Source: Callorhinchus milii (lineage: Eukaryota). From it: DNA of 64,000 nucleotides. The translations under genes were made by a program, and so were the position numbers. The DNA is taken from contig NW_024704755.1 of assembly GCF_018977255.1 (NCBI RefSeq), forward strand, positions 13,826,001 through 13,890,000, written 5' to 3'. Shown here one piece after another: positions 1-10,160 of the stretch (positions are counted from its first letter, which is position 1; every line of letters starts with the position of its first letter). The notes below the pieces were generated by a model. The model was not told the DNA's origin. It saw nothing but the letters and a program-made list of their open reading frames with translations, and ran no database searches.

Positions 1-145
1 ATGCATACACACAGCCAAGAGCTTACACACACCATCAGAGCTGGAGGAAGTAGCCCACACGTTGATCATGAAGGTCATATTCAGCAGAAATAAAGCTGCG
101 CTGAGATTGATGTGGATCACGGTAGCATGATCACTTTTGAAATTT
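1..145 (-). CDS. ADGRG3: ADGRG-like exon, TM2-TM3 (truncated by the window edge)
   Basis: tttaag|A AAT TTC..: NFKSDHATVIHINLSAALFLLNMTFMINVWATSSSSDGVCKLLAVCMH; phase 2 matches the upstream exon. Confidence 0.85.
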
Positions 146-3100
146 CTTAAAGGAATACAACATTGAAACTGTTTTAAATTCTGAAGGAAGTGTATGATAT
201 TAGCTGAAAGGCGCTTTACAAATTTTAGTTTGTATTTTGAGCAAAATCAAAATCTCCACCTTCAAGACCCACCTCAAGACCCTCCTCTTTGATCGTGCTT
301 TCATTCTCACTGCTTCCCCCTCTGCCCTCCACCCTCCCCCACCCCAAACTTCAGCTCGGGTCCAAAACTCTGTCTGTCCAGCGCCTTGGGACATCCTCCT
401 GACGTGAAAGGCGCAATATAAATGTGATTTTGTGGTTGATATATACCATTCTGTGTTTCTTCTTGCTGCTTGGAAAAATATTTTCTGTACATTTCCCCTT
501 TTCTGTAGCAAGGGAAGCAATTCATTGGTCACTATTTCCATAATTCCTGGAGCTAGTGAGTTCATTAGATCATTTGGCCACAAAATTTGCAATCAGCTTC
601 CACTGTGTATGTGTGTGTATTGTACTCATAGAGTCATAGAAATTATAGCACAGAGGCAAAACATTTTATATTATCCTAATACCCAAATTACCCAGCGCCT
701 TGGGACATGCTCCCAACCTGAAAAGCACTGTACAAATGTAGTTACGTTGTTGTTGTATATTGTTTCTCTTCAATCGTTTGTGTGATCTTTCTTAGCATTT
801 TGAAGACCTCTACTGGATGCATTTGAACCTTCTCTGTTCCAATGAAAACAGACTGGTTTTAAAACCTGTCCTTTTTAGCCCTGGTGTCATTTTCTTATCT
901 TAATTCAACACAAACTACATATGGAACTGACATAATGGCAAATGAATCAGCGTCGGAGAGAGAAAGATGCATCTTTCTCTCCCTTCGAAGGGCTTATGCA
1001 GGACACACGTACCCTCAGGAACACGGTTTAAAGAACTTCCTACCTGTACACAAAGTATAGAATTACATTGAGGGCTGAGAAGATAGCAGAAATGCCACAG
1101 CCAATCTGGGTGATGTACGTCAGCGATACCAGCACCTCCTCATGCAAAGCCATGTCCTTTCTTTGAAAATCCTTCAGGAGAGAAGATCAGAGTCAGAATT
1201 GGAATGCTGGAGCTAAAAGAATCCCTGTATCAGCTCGAGGAAGGTACAACATCTCAAATGTTCACAAGTTAGGTAGGGTGGTAAACAGTGAGCAGGATAG
1301 TAGCCAACTGCAGGAAGACATAGACAGAATGGTAAAATGGGTAGACACATGGCAGATGAATTTCAATGTGGAGAAATGTGAGGTAATGCATTTTGGTAGA
1401 AAGAATGAGGGGAGGCAATATACAACAACAATAACAACAACAAGATTCCATTTATAAAGCACCTTTCACGTCGGGAGGACGTCCCAAGGCGCTGTACAGT
1501 AGGGTCAGGACCCGAGCATTGGGGGGAAATGGTGAGGGCAGGGAAGGGAGCGAGGAGGGGGTAGAGAGTTGAGAGGGGAGCTGAAGGCACGGTCAAAGAG
1601 AAAGGTCTTGAGACCGGCCTTGAAGGAGGAAAGGAAGGAAGCGGCGAAGGCACTGGGGGATAGAGTTCCAGAGCCTCGGGGCTGAAGGCCCGGCCACCGA
1701 TGGTAGGGCGGTTGGGGCGGGGGATGTGGAGCAGACCGGAGCCAGAGGAACGGAGGGTACGGGCAGGTAGGTAGGAGGATAGTAGGTCAGAGAGGTAGGA
1801 GGGAGCAAGGCCGTGAATGGCCTTGTAGGTGAGGATGAGGATCTTGAATTCGATCCTCTGGGGGATGGGGAGCCAGTGGAGGCGAGCGAGGGTGGGAGTG
1901 ATGTGGTCACGAAGCATATAGGCTGGTAATACAATCTTAAAGGGGGTAAAAGAACAGAGAGACCTGGGGGTGCAGGTAAATGAATCCTTGAAGGTGGCAG
2001 GACAGGTAGAAAAAAGCTGTAAAAAGGGCAAATGGGATTCTAGGCTTTATAAATAAGGGCAGAGAGTACAAGAGTCAGGAGGTTATGATTAACCTATATA
2101 AAACACTGGTTAGGCCTCAGTTAGAATACTGCGCCCAGTTCTGGGCACCACACTATAGGAAGGATGTTAAGGCATTGGAAAGGGTGCAGAGGAGGTTTAC
2201 GAGGATGGTACCAGGAATGATGGATCTTGATTATGAGGAAAGGCGAGAGAAGCCGGGATTATTCTCATTGGAGCAGAGAAGGTTACGAGGAGACCTAATA
2301 GAGGTCTTCAAAATCCTGAGGGGATTTGATAGGTTAGAAAGGGAAAAACTGTTTCCACTGGTGGGTGTGTTGGTGACTTGAGGTCACAGATTCAAAATAG
2401 TGTCTAAAAGAAGCCGAGGGGAGGTGAGAAGAATTTTTTTCACACAGAGAGTTGTTCGAATCTGGAACGCATTGCCTGAAAGGGTGGTCGAGGCCGATTT
2501 AATAACTACTTTTAAAAATGCGGTGGATGGGTATTTGAGGAGGATGGGTTTGCAGGGTTATGGGGAAAGGGCTGGGGAGTGGGATGAACATTACATTGCA
2601 CTTCTCAAAGAGCCGGCACAAACTCGATGGGCCGAATGGCCTCTTTTTGTGCTGAACAAATCTATGATTCTATGATTCCATTCTTTGTTATTACATGTGT
2701 AACACATACCAGTAACACAGCGAAGAAAGACAAGTGGTGGCAATAGCAAATAGTTTGATTATTCCGAGTTTCTGTTTGACAACCAGCAGGATCCCAGTGA
2801 CCTGGTGTACTTTCTGTAACACAAGTTTGCCTAAAAGTTATCCATTCAATGTCTTTTTCAATACAATCTGAAATGTCTTGCCAAGTTTTTTTTTATTATT
2901 TACCGTCGTCGACATCAAGCCAGAAGACACACTGATGGAATGAATTGTCCTGTAATGAAAAGCAGTATTTAGATAGTATGGCTGTGCAAGGGTGTAGTAA
3001 TCTGGTGGAGCTCGTTGGATCAGAAATGAATGTGGAAGTCATTGAGGAATTCCTTACCTGCAGTGTTTCATCATGTTCGATGTTAATAGTCACCGGCTCT

Positions 3101-5454
3101 GTGATGTTTTCAATGCTTGTGTTTCCCACTATAACTCCAACCACCTTTCTGTTTAAAATGCTGCGGTCATCCTCGAACTGTGGAGAAACACAGCAAGAAA
3201 CACTAGTGAAACACTCGGCTTTTACAACACTTTACACATGAATTCTCACTCACATATCCCTACGCAATGTTAATAATAATAATCCTTGCATTTGATATAG
3301 GGCCTTACCACATCTTTGAGACATCTCCATGCATTTAACAGAATATAGTTAGCCTCCAGCAGTTTCTCAAACACACACTCTGGGGACCCCAAGTCTTGGT
3401 TCTTGCCAACCTGCAGCTAATAATCTCCAGAATTAGGTTAAACAGAGTTGAGTAACCAAATTATTATTATTTTTTTTGAAGGGATTATTACCCCAGAAAA
3501 AGCGATCCGCCAATCGACGAACAACCGGGTTACTACTTACTGCTAGGTAAGTGGCTAGGATATAATATGAGCTCCTGTACCTCAAAAAGAGTTAGGTTGT
3601 CAATCACAGCAAACACAATCCTTGAAAAATCATTGTGCTGCTCTTTGGCTTTTGCTGCCAGTTCTTGTGGCAATATCACTGTAATTTCAGAATTGTCGTC
3701 CTCGCTTTGGCTTGAATAAATTTCCTGGATAACACAAGGAGAGTGATCATTTCATCTACTCAATTTCTGAAATGCATCTCATTTAACACGATATTACCAA
3801 TAATAATAATATTTTGATTGATTGATCAATCATGGATCTGATAAATAGAAGAGACTGCTAGAGGAATGTCACGCGGGCATGTATAAGCAACAACAACTCA
3901 CACTTATGTAGGGTACTCCACGCAGGGCACTATCGCAGAGCTCTTGAGTATAAGCAACTTAACCCGTTGGAGCCAAGTTTGGAATGTTGGCTTTATTCAA
4001 CAAGTAATTGCAGATGAAGAAATGAACTGCATTTACTTGTAAAGTGTAGTAACTGTATATTTTGTAGATGAACGCAGCAGCCTATTTGCGTATAGAAATG
4101 TTCCACAAACAGCCATAGAAGATCACCATGAAAAGAGAGACTTTGCTCTAATCAGATTAAAACCTGAATAAATATTAGGAAAGACCCCAGCAAGGAGTGA
4201 GCAAAAAGGTCAGAAATCTCATTATATTGTTCTTTTTACATGATAAATGCTCTATTCTGATCAAGGAGTAAGATCTTTTGTGTAATGTTGGTGAGAGAAG
4301 AGATGTACTCAACCTTCTTAGCATTTCAGAGCATGCAAAACTTCTTAAATACAGTCTTAAAATTGAACTTCTTTCAAGAATTACAGATAAAACAGTTCAG
4401 AGTTAAGACTGAATACAATAGAATCATTCCAGATGGAATCTCAACCCTGTAATCAATTTGGAGACCTTAGAGTATGCGAATAATTGCTGCTGCGTTTCAC
4501 CCATAAAATACACAGTCACTTGGTCAAAATCACCAATGCTCTAGATTATTTAGTGATTCTCCTAATAGCTGTTTGAGTCACCATGCTGGTGTATGTTTGA
4601 ATACAGTATAAAAATAATTATTTTTAATTAACACTAACTATTGCTTTGAGATGTTTTGATATAAGATGCTAAAAATTCCTTCTTTCTTAGAGAAAGTGCT
4701 CTGGGTTGCTACCCCACATGAAGTGCTATATAAATTCAAGTTGTTGTATCTGTTAGAATAATTATAATCCTTGTATTTCATACAGTGCCTTATCATATCA
4801 TGGTGACGTCTCAAAGTGCTTCACAGGATAGATATACTGTAAACTGGATTAACTGTGTATTTTGTGGGCAAAAAGAGGCAGCCGATTGCATATTACCTGT
4901 GGAAAGCGATCCACCAACCAACTAACAAACGGGTTCCCACTTACTGCTAACTAAACTGCTAGAAGTGTGTGGAGCAAGGAAACTTGCCTAAGGTCCGGCC
5001 TCAACCTCCCTGGGAATCGAATCCAGGTCCTCTCGCTTGCGAGACGAGTGCGCTAGCCACAACAACAACTTGCACTTGTATAGCGCCCTTCACACAGGGT
5101 AACGTCTGACAGGGGCGGAGTCTGAACCTGAGCCAGGGGAGGGGGGGGGTGGGGGAAGGTGACCGTACTCATGATCAAAAAGGAAGGTCTTTAGGTGGGA
5201 TTTCAAAGTGGGGAGGGAGGGGGCAAGGCAGAGGGATTGAGCGACGCTACAGTACTGCACACAAAGTAGTGGTATGATTAATCACAACATAGGGAGCACT
5301 TACACCCGCTGAATTAGCCGAAAGGTATGTTTTGGTAAACGTTGAGAAATTAGACTCTTTTACATAAACCCTCAATCCCTGATTTTCAGCGACGCTGTGA
5401 ATGTCATCAATACTCCCAAATACAAGGCTTTTCGAGAGACACTTTCTATTGAAT
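1..5454 (-). CDS. ADGRG3: Adhesion GPCR, ADGRG1/3/5 group (ADGRG3/GPR97-like); partial gene, 7 confident exons, runs off the left edge
   Basis: Phase-compatible GT-AG exons 5304-5454, 3581-3724, 3058-3177, 2904-2949, 2710-2813, 1044-1171 and <1-145 encode GAIN (ILPQEL..SRIVFAVIDNLTLF; VVGVIVGNTSIENITEPVTINIEH), GPS (CVFW..WDPAGCQT..TICYCHHLSFFAVLL), TM1 (LTYITQIGCGISAIF) and TM2 (IHINLSAALFLLN). The ADGRG family call is firm; the ADGRG3 versus ADGRG5 choice is by recalled similarity only. 5' exons were not resolved. Confidence 0.75.
250..430 (+). mobile_element. L2 3' fragment
   Basis: ttcaagacccacctcaagaccctcctcttt..gcgccttgggacatcctcctgacgtgaaaggcgc tail. Confidence 0.8.
1044..1171 (-). 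CDS. ADGRG3: ADGRG-like exon, stalk and TM1
   Basis: gaag|DFQRKDMALHEEVLVSLTYITQIGCGISAIFSALNVILYFVYR|gtagga; 128 nt. Confidence 0.88.
1270..2680 (+). mobile_element. CR1 LINE 3' portion, interrupted by an L2
   Basis: RT C-terminal motifs ([41 protein letters not shown]) and a (TATGATTC)n tail. Confidence 0.92.
1423..1915 (-). mobile_element. 5'-truncated L2 inserted into the CR1, with ATATA target duplication
   Basis: Matches the 3' ~490 nt of the 23572-27270 element; ATATA at 1418-1422 and 1916-1920. Confidence 0.9.
2710..2813 (-). CDS. ADGRG3: ADGRG-like exon, GPS autoproteolysis motif
   Basis: ttacag|ESTPGHWDPAGCQTETRNNQTICYCHHLSFFAVLL|gtatgt; 104 nt. Confidence 0.9.
2904..2949 (-). 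CDS. ADGRG3: ADGRG-like exon, start of GPS (CVFW)
   Basis: tacag|DNSFHQCVFWLDVDD|gtaaat; 46 nt. Confidence 0.85.
3058..3177 (-). CDS. ADGRG3: ADGRG-like exon, GAIN subdomain B
   Basis: ccacag|FEDDRSILNRKVVGVIVGNTSIENITEPVTINIEHDETLQ|gtaagg; 120 nt. Confidence 0.88.
3581..3724 (-). CDS. ADGRG3: ADGRG-like exon, GAIN domain
   Basis: atccag|EIYSSQSEDDNSEITVILPQELAAKAKEQHNDFSRIVFAVIDNLTLFE|gtacag; 144 nt. Confidence 0.82.
4760..5060 (-). mobile_element. tRNA-derived SINE, degenerate
   Basis: B box, core and tail recognisable. Confidence 0.7.
5304..5454 (-). CDS. ADGRG3: ADGRG-like N-terminal ectodomain exon
   Basis: ttacag|A FNRKCLSKSLVFGSIDDIHSVAENQGLRVYVKESNFSTFTKTYLSANSAG|gtaagt; ends in phase 0, matching 3724. 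Confidence 0.65.
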
Positions 5455-5699
5455 CTGTAACAAATGAAAGAAAAAAACACAACTAAGAAAATATGTGGCT
5501 TTATGATCTAATGAAACTACAATGTTGACATCTTTTCCATTTTTTTTCTCGTTCCCTATTTCATTTGATCTTGTTTCCATCTCCCGATCGTACAAACACT
5601 ATTCCCCTCTTTCTCATGTGAAGGTCTAGCTTCCTCTTTCCACTGAACGCACCTGGCTCAAATCCAACTTAAAGGTCCATCAGCAGATCTAACTGGACC

Positions 5700-7140
5700 T
5701 TATCAAATCTTACCTCTCCACCCTCACCTCTTTAAACCGTCGTTCTATTCCAAGACAATCTTGGAGGCCAAGGACAACCCCAGGCTCCTCTTCTCCATCA
5801 CCAACCAACTCCTCCGTTCACCATCTCACACCTCGCCCATCCTCTCCTCCAACGCCAACTGCGAGGTGATGCTGGGCTTCCTCGAAACCAAAGTCGAGAG
5901 GATCCGCTCAGCTGCCTCTGCCCTTCCATCTACTACTCTCTCCCCATCTCCCCCTCACACCCTGGCCCCTACCCATCCCTCCCTCTGCACTTTCGAACCT
6001 GTCTCCCACTCCTCTCTCACTACCACTATAACCAGCATGAAACCGACCAACTGCTCCCTCGACCCCAACCTTACACCTCTTCTTATCTCCCAGTTCCACC
6101 TCGCTGCCCCTCTATTCACATCATAAACCTCTCCCTGTCGACTGGCACAGTTTCCACCCCTTTAAAAATGTCCATCATCACTCCTCTCCCAAAAAAACCC
6201 TCCCGAGAACCAGTCCTGCTCTCAAACTACCACTCCATCTCCAACTTCCCTTTCCTTTCCAAGGTCTTGGAACGAGTCGTTGCTTCTCAGCTTCGCTCCC
6301 TCTTCTCCCGCCACTCCCTTCACGAACTCTTCCAATCGGCTTTCTGTGCCGCGAACAGAACAGAAACAGCCCTGGTCAAAGTGACAAATGACATTTTGTC
6401 CATCTGTGACCAGGGCTCCCTCTACTTCCTCCCTCTTGGGGACATCATACGCAGACATGGAGTCAACTTCCATATCTATGCGGATGATACCCAACACCTA
6501 TCTCTCTGCCTCCTCCCTTGACTCCAGGACCACTGCTGTCCTGACAGAATGTCTGTCACACATCAAGTGCCTTCACACCTCAGGAGCTAGCTCCCCATCC
6601 CCCAGAGGATCAAATTCAAGATCCTCATCCTCACCTACAAGGCCATTCACGGCCTTGCTCCCTCCTACCTCTCCGACCTACTATCCCCCTACTTAGCTGC
6701 CCGTACCCTCCGTTCCTCTGGCTCCGATCTGCTCCACATCCCCCACCCTAACCGCCCTACTATCGATGGCCGGGCCTTCAGCCTCTCAGCCCCTAGGCTC
6801 TGGAACTCCATCCCCCAGTGCCTTCGCCGCTTCCTCCCTTTCCTCCTTCAAAGCCTTTCTCTTCGACCGTGCCTTCAGCTCCCCTCTCGACTCTCTACCC
6901 ACTCCTTGCTCCCTCCCTTCCCTCCCCTCATCCTGACGATTTCTGGAACTCCATCTCACAGTCGCTCCGCCTCGCCCCCTCCCTTGCCTCCTTCAAGATC
7001 AGTCTCAAGACCCTCCTCTTTGACCATGCCTCCTTCCCCTCCTGCCCTCCACCCTCCCTGAATCCGACCCCCACCTCAGGTCCGAAACACTGATTGTCCT
7101 GCACCTTGGGACGTCCTCCCAACGTGAAAGGCCGATATAC
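5700..7140 (+). mobile_element. Internally deleted, degenerate L2
   Basis: Collinear with parts of the long L2 but missing the RT core and other blocks; ends in an L2 tail. Confidence 0.85.
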
Positions 7141-7149
7141 ATGTAATGT

Positions 7150-7400
7150 TTTTTGTTGTTGAATGCATCTCCACTCGCTACTTCAACCACCTCTTTAGGC
7201 AGCGATTTCCACAATCTCACTACCCTCTGTGAGAAGTAGGTCCTCCTAAATTCTATTTTTGATACCTTTGCCTCAATCTTATGTTTGTGCTCTCTGGTAA
7301 CGGACTCCCCAACTAGTGAAAACAGCCTACTTAAGTTAACCTCATTGAACTCATCTATAATTTTTGAACACACATATGTTATATGATCTGAGTGCAGTTT
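7150..7400 (-). mobile_element. CR1 3' fragment
   Basis: Antisense LFSLVGESVTREHKHK..YFSQRVVRLWKSLP. Confidence 0.75.
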
Positions 7401-7507
7401 GGCTTGCACTAGAGAAAGCAGGTTGCTTTTCTGATATCACAAACCTGTGAAAAGAGTCTACTTCAGTGTTAGTGTGATATTTTCTGCTCAAATACACGTA
7501 AACTTAC

Positions 7508-7551
7508 TTGTGTGCCTTGAAACAATCTTTTTTTTTTCGGTCCTCCTCTCC
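7508..7551 (-). CDS. Candidate small upstream exon of the ADGRG-like gene
   Basis: ttgaag|GEEDRKKKDCFKAH+AA|gtaagt; ends in phase 2, compatible with the exon starting at 5454; no homology support. Confidence 0.4.
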
Positions 7552-7696
7552 CTTCAAACAAACCCTTGGCTTCGTGTCGCATGCCTTTCCTGTTTTATAT
7601 GAATTGAAAGAGATTTTAATTAAAAAAGGAAAAACAGATTCTTCAATGTTTGGTATAATTTTTACCATTTATTTCAAATGGTAAAAATTATTTCAT

Positions 7697-8010
7697 GTGG
7701 AGTCCTGTAGCTCAGTGGTTAGAGCACTCACTTTGCAAGCGAGAGACCTGAGTTCAATTCCAGGCAGAGGGCGAAACCTTGGGCAAGTTTCCTTACTCCA
7801 CACAGAGCCTAATAATAATCCCTCCAAAACCAAAAACAATAATAAAAATTGGTCATTTTCAATCTACAACTGTTTGTGGGACATTGCTGTGCGCAATTGG
7901 CTGCCGCGTTCGCCCACAAATATACAGTCAATTCACTTTACAGTGTGTTCTGTGAAGCGCTTTGGGACGTCCTCCCGACGTGAAAAGCGCTATATCAAAT
8001 GCAAGGATTA
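7697..8010 (+). mobile_element. tRNA-derived SINE (short variant) with L2-type tail
   Basis: A box TAGCTCAGTGG, B box GAGTTCAATTCC, CCTTGGGCAAGT core-like segment, L2 tail GGGACGTCCTCCCGACGTGAAAAGCGC and (TTA)n. Confidence 0.9.
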
Positions 8011-8221
8011 TTATTATTATTGTTATAAATTCAAAACAAAGATTTTACATTTTTATTGCATGCACAGTAACACATCTACTCCATCACACAGATATTAAAC
8101 ATTAATTGAGAGGCAATAAAACTATTACTAACAAATGTATTTGGACGCATGCAGGGATTAGCTGTAATCGTTTATCCTTATTCTTCGTGAGATAATCTAG
8201 AAATGCTCTGGACTTTCCATT

Positions 8222-8637
8222 CAGTGCACTCTGTATAATTGTATGGAGTCCGGACCAGACAGAAAGCGTGCAATTATATGGAGTATACAATAACCCAAAG
8301 TTCATACAATAACCCATTTCATACTCTCATACCTTCAGACTTATCTTTTTTCTTAGAATCGTTCTCCGTTTTTTTTAACTTGCCATTTGATCTGTCTTTC
8401 TCTCCATCATCTTTTCCCTTGCCATCTGTATAAATTAAAACTAATTATACACTAAGAATGAAATCAACTTGCTTGGCTGTCTTTCATGCAGTTAAGCATA
8501 TTAGGCAATTATCTGATATGTGTTTGAGCACAGTGCAATACCATGCAAACAGATAGCGAATTTATGGTACCTAGAAATTACTGTGCAATTAAATGGCGTA
8601 TGCAATTATCCGATATGCAGTTAAGTGGAGTGCCGTG
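8222..8637. mobile_element. Possible Tigger/pogo-type MITE
   Basis: Imperfect terminal inverted repeats CAGTGCACTCTGTATAATTG / CACGGCACTCCACTTAACTG (reverse complement), TA on the right flank only, internal GCAATTATC(C/T)GATATG repeats. Confidence 0.4.
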
Positions 8638-9807
8638 TACGTAATGCTATGATGTTAGTGTAACAATGTATTATCTGTGGGTGTAATGAAGATGGTGGAA
8701 TTATTATTGTACCAGGTTTATCCTTTCTCTTTGCTGCTGCTAACAACATTCTTTCTGTAGACATGAATTTTTGGAAAAGTGTGCATCTTAGAAACCACAA
8801 AAATAGTTACACTTGCGAAAATACAAAACAAGCGATTTTTAAATGAAGGAATACATCTTACCAGTTACTTGGGCACAAAGGAGAATGAGGTTGAGCACAA
8901 TAATATATTTGTACAAAGCAATGAAGCAAGATCGCTTTGGGTTTCCCATCCTGCAGGCACTGTGTATAACAAAATACAAAAGTTCAGAAACTCTTGAACA
9001 TTCTTCATCTATGCCTTTCCCTTGTCCCCTACTTTCCCATCTTCAGGTAGTGCCTGAAGACCTTCCTCTTTGACCGTGCCTATGGCCATCTCCCCCTCTC
9101 CCCAGCTCTGTGTCGTGCTCTACCACCGTGAAGCACTCTGAGACACTACACTGCGTGAGGGGTGCTACATAAATGCAAGTTGTTATTAAACACCTTCTGT
9201 TTGAATAGAAAAAGGGAAAGCATTGGAATAACAGTGGTGTTGCACAATTGCAAGTAAACTATGGAAAACTTTCAGTGAAGTAAATTTCTGTGCACATTGG
9301 AATGTACATTTGATTGAAAAGTATTAACACAATTCAAAGGATTCTTCAAAAGTGCAGGAATAGACATCAAATTTTATTGGGACGAACATCCAGAGCTTCA
9401 AGATTCTGAGTTTCCAGTTCATTGCAAAACAGTGAGAGTTATATACAGGAAATCCTTGTGAAGTAGTTCCAAGCAAATGCAGAGCAGAAGGTTTAATTAA
9501 ATTTAATATCAGAGAAACGAATGTATACCAAATATCACACCAATGTAAAAGTAAAATGTTTTTTTGCGCGGTGAATTTCCCCTCTTGCCCTGCAAATTAT
9601 TTTCTCTTGTAAAGTTCTTGTTTAATATCTACTCAATATTACAATATTACACCGAAGCAGGTTAATATAGTTCAAAAAAAAATCTTTCATCTGTCTTTGT
9701 AGTTGTTATTTATCACAAATATACAGTACTTGATTTCATATAATCAGCACAAGAAGATTCAGTACTAAGTTAGACAACTGTATCTAATGAACAGATAATA
9801 ATCCGAA

Positions 9808-10160
9808 TAATAATAATTCTTGCATTTGATATAGCATCTTATCACATTGTCGAGACATCTCAAAGTGCTTCACAGAATATACTGTAAAGTGAATTAACTG
9901 TATATTTTATGGGCGAAACGCAACAGCCAATTTGCGCACAGCAGTGTCCCACAAACAGTCGCGGATTGAGTGATCACATTTCTTTTTGAGGGATTATTAC
10001 CCCCAGAAAAACAATCCCCAACTGACTAACAACCAGGTTCCTACTTACTGCTAGGTAAACGGAGATGCGTGGAAATTTTCCTAAGGTTTCGCCTGGCTCG
10101 GGAATCGAACCTGGGTTTTCTCACCTGCATGTGCTCTAACCAATATACTACAGAACTCCA
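9808..10160 (-). mobile_element. tRNA-derived SINE (long variant)
   Basis: Same family, with an extra ~70-nt internal segment (agcagtaagtaggaacc..). Confidence 0.85.

Noticed and set aside
7697-7775. tRNA genes (Ala-like heads at 7697, 16740, 46425, 47078 and 63130)
   Set aside because: The A and B boxes are followed by SINE core and L2-type tails, with no acceptor-stem closure. They are SINE heads.
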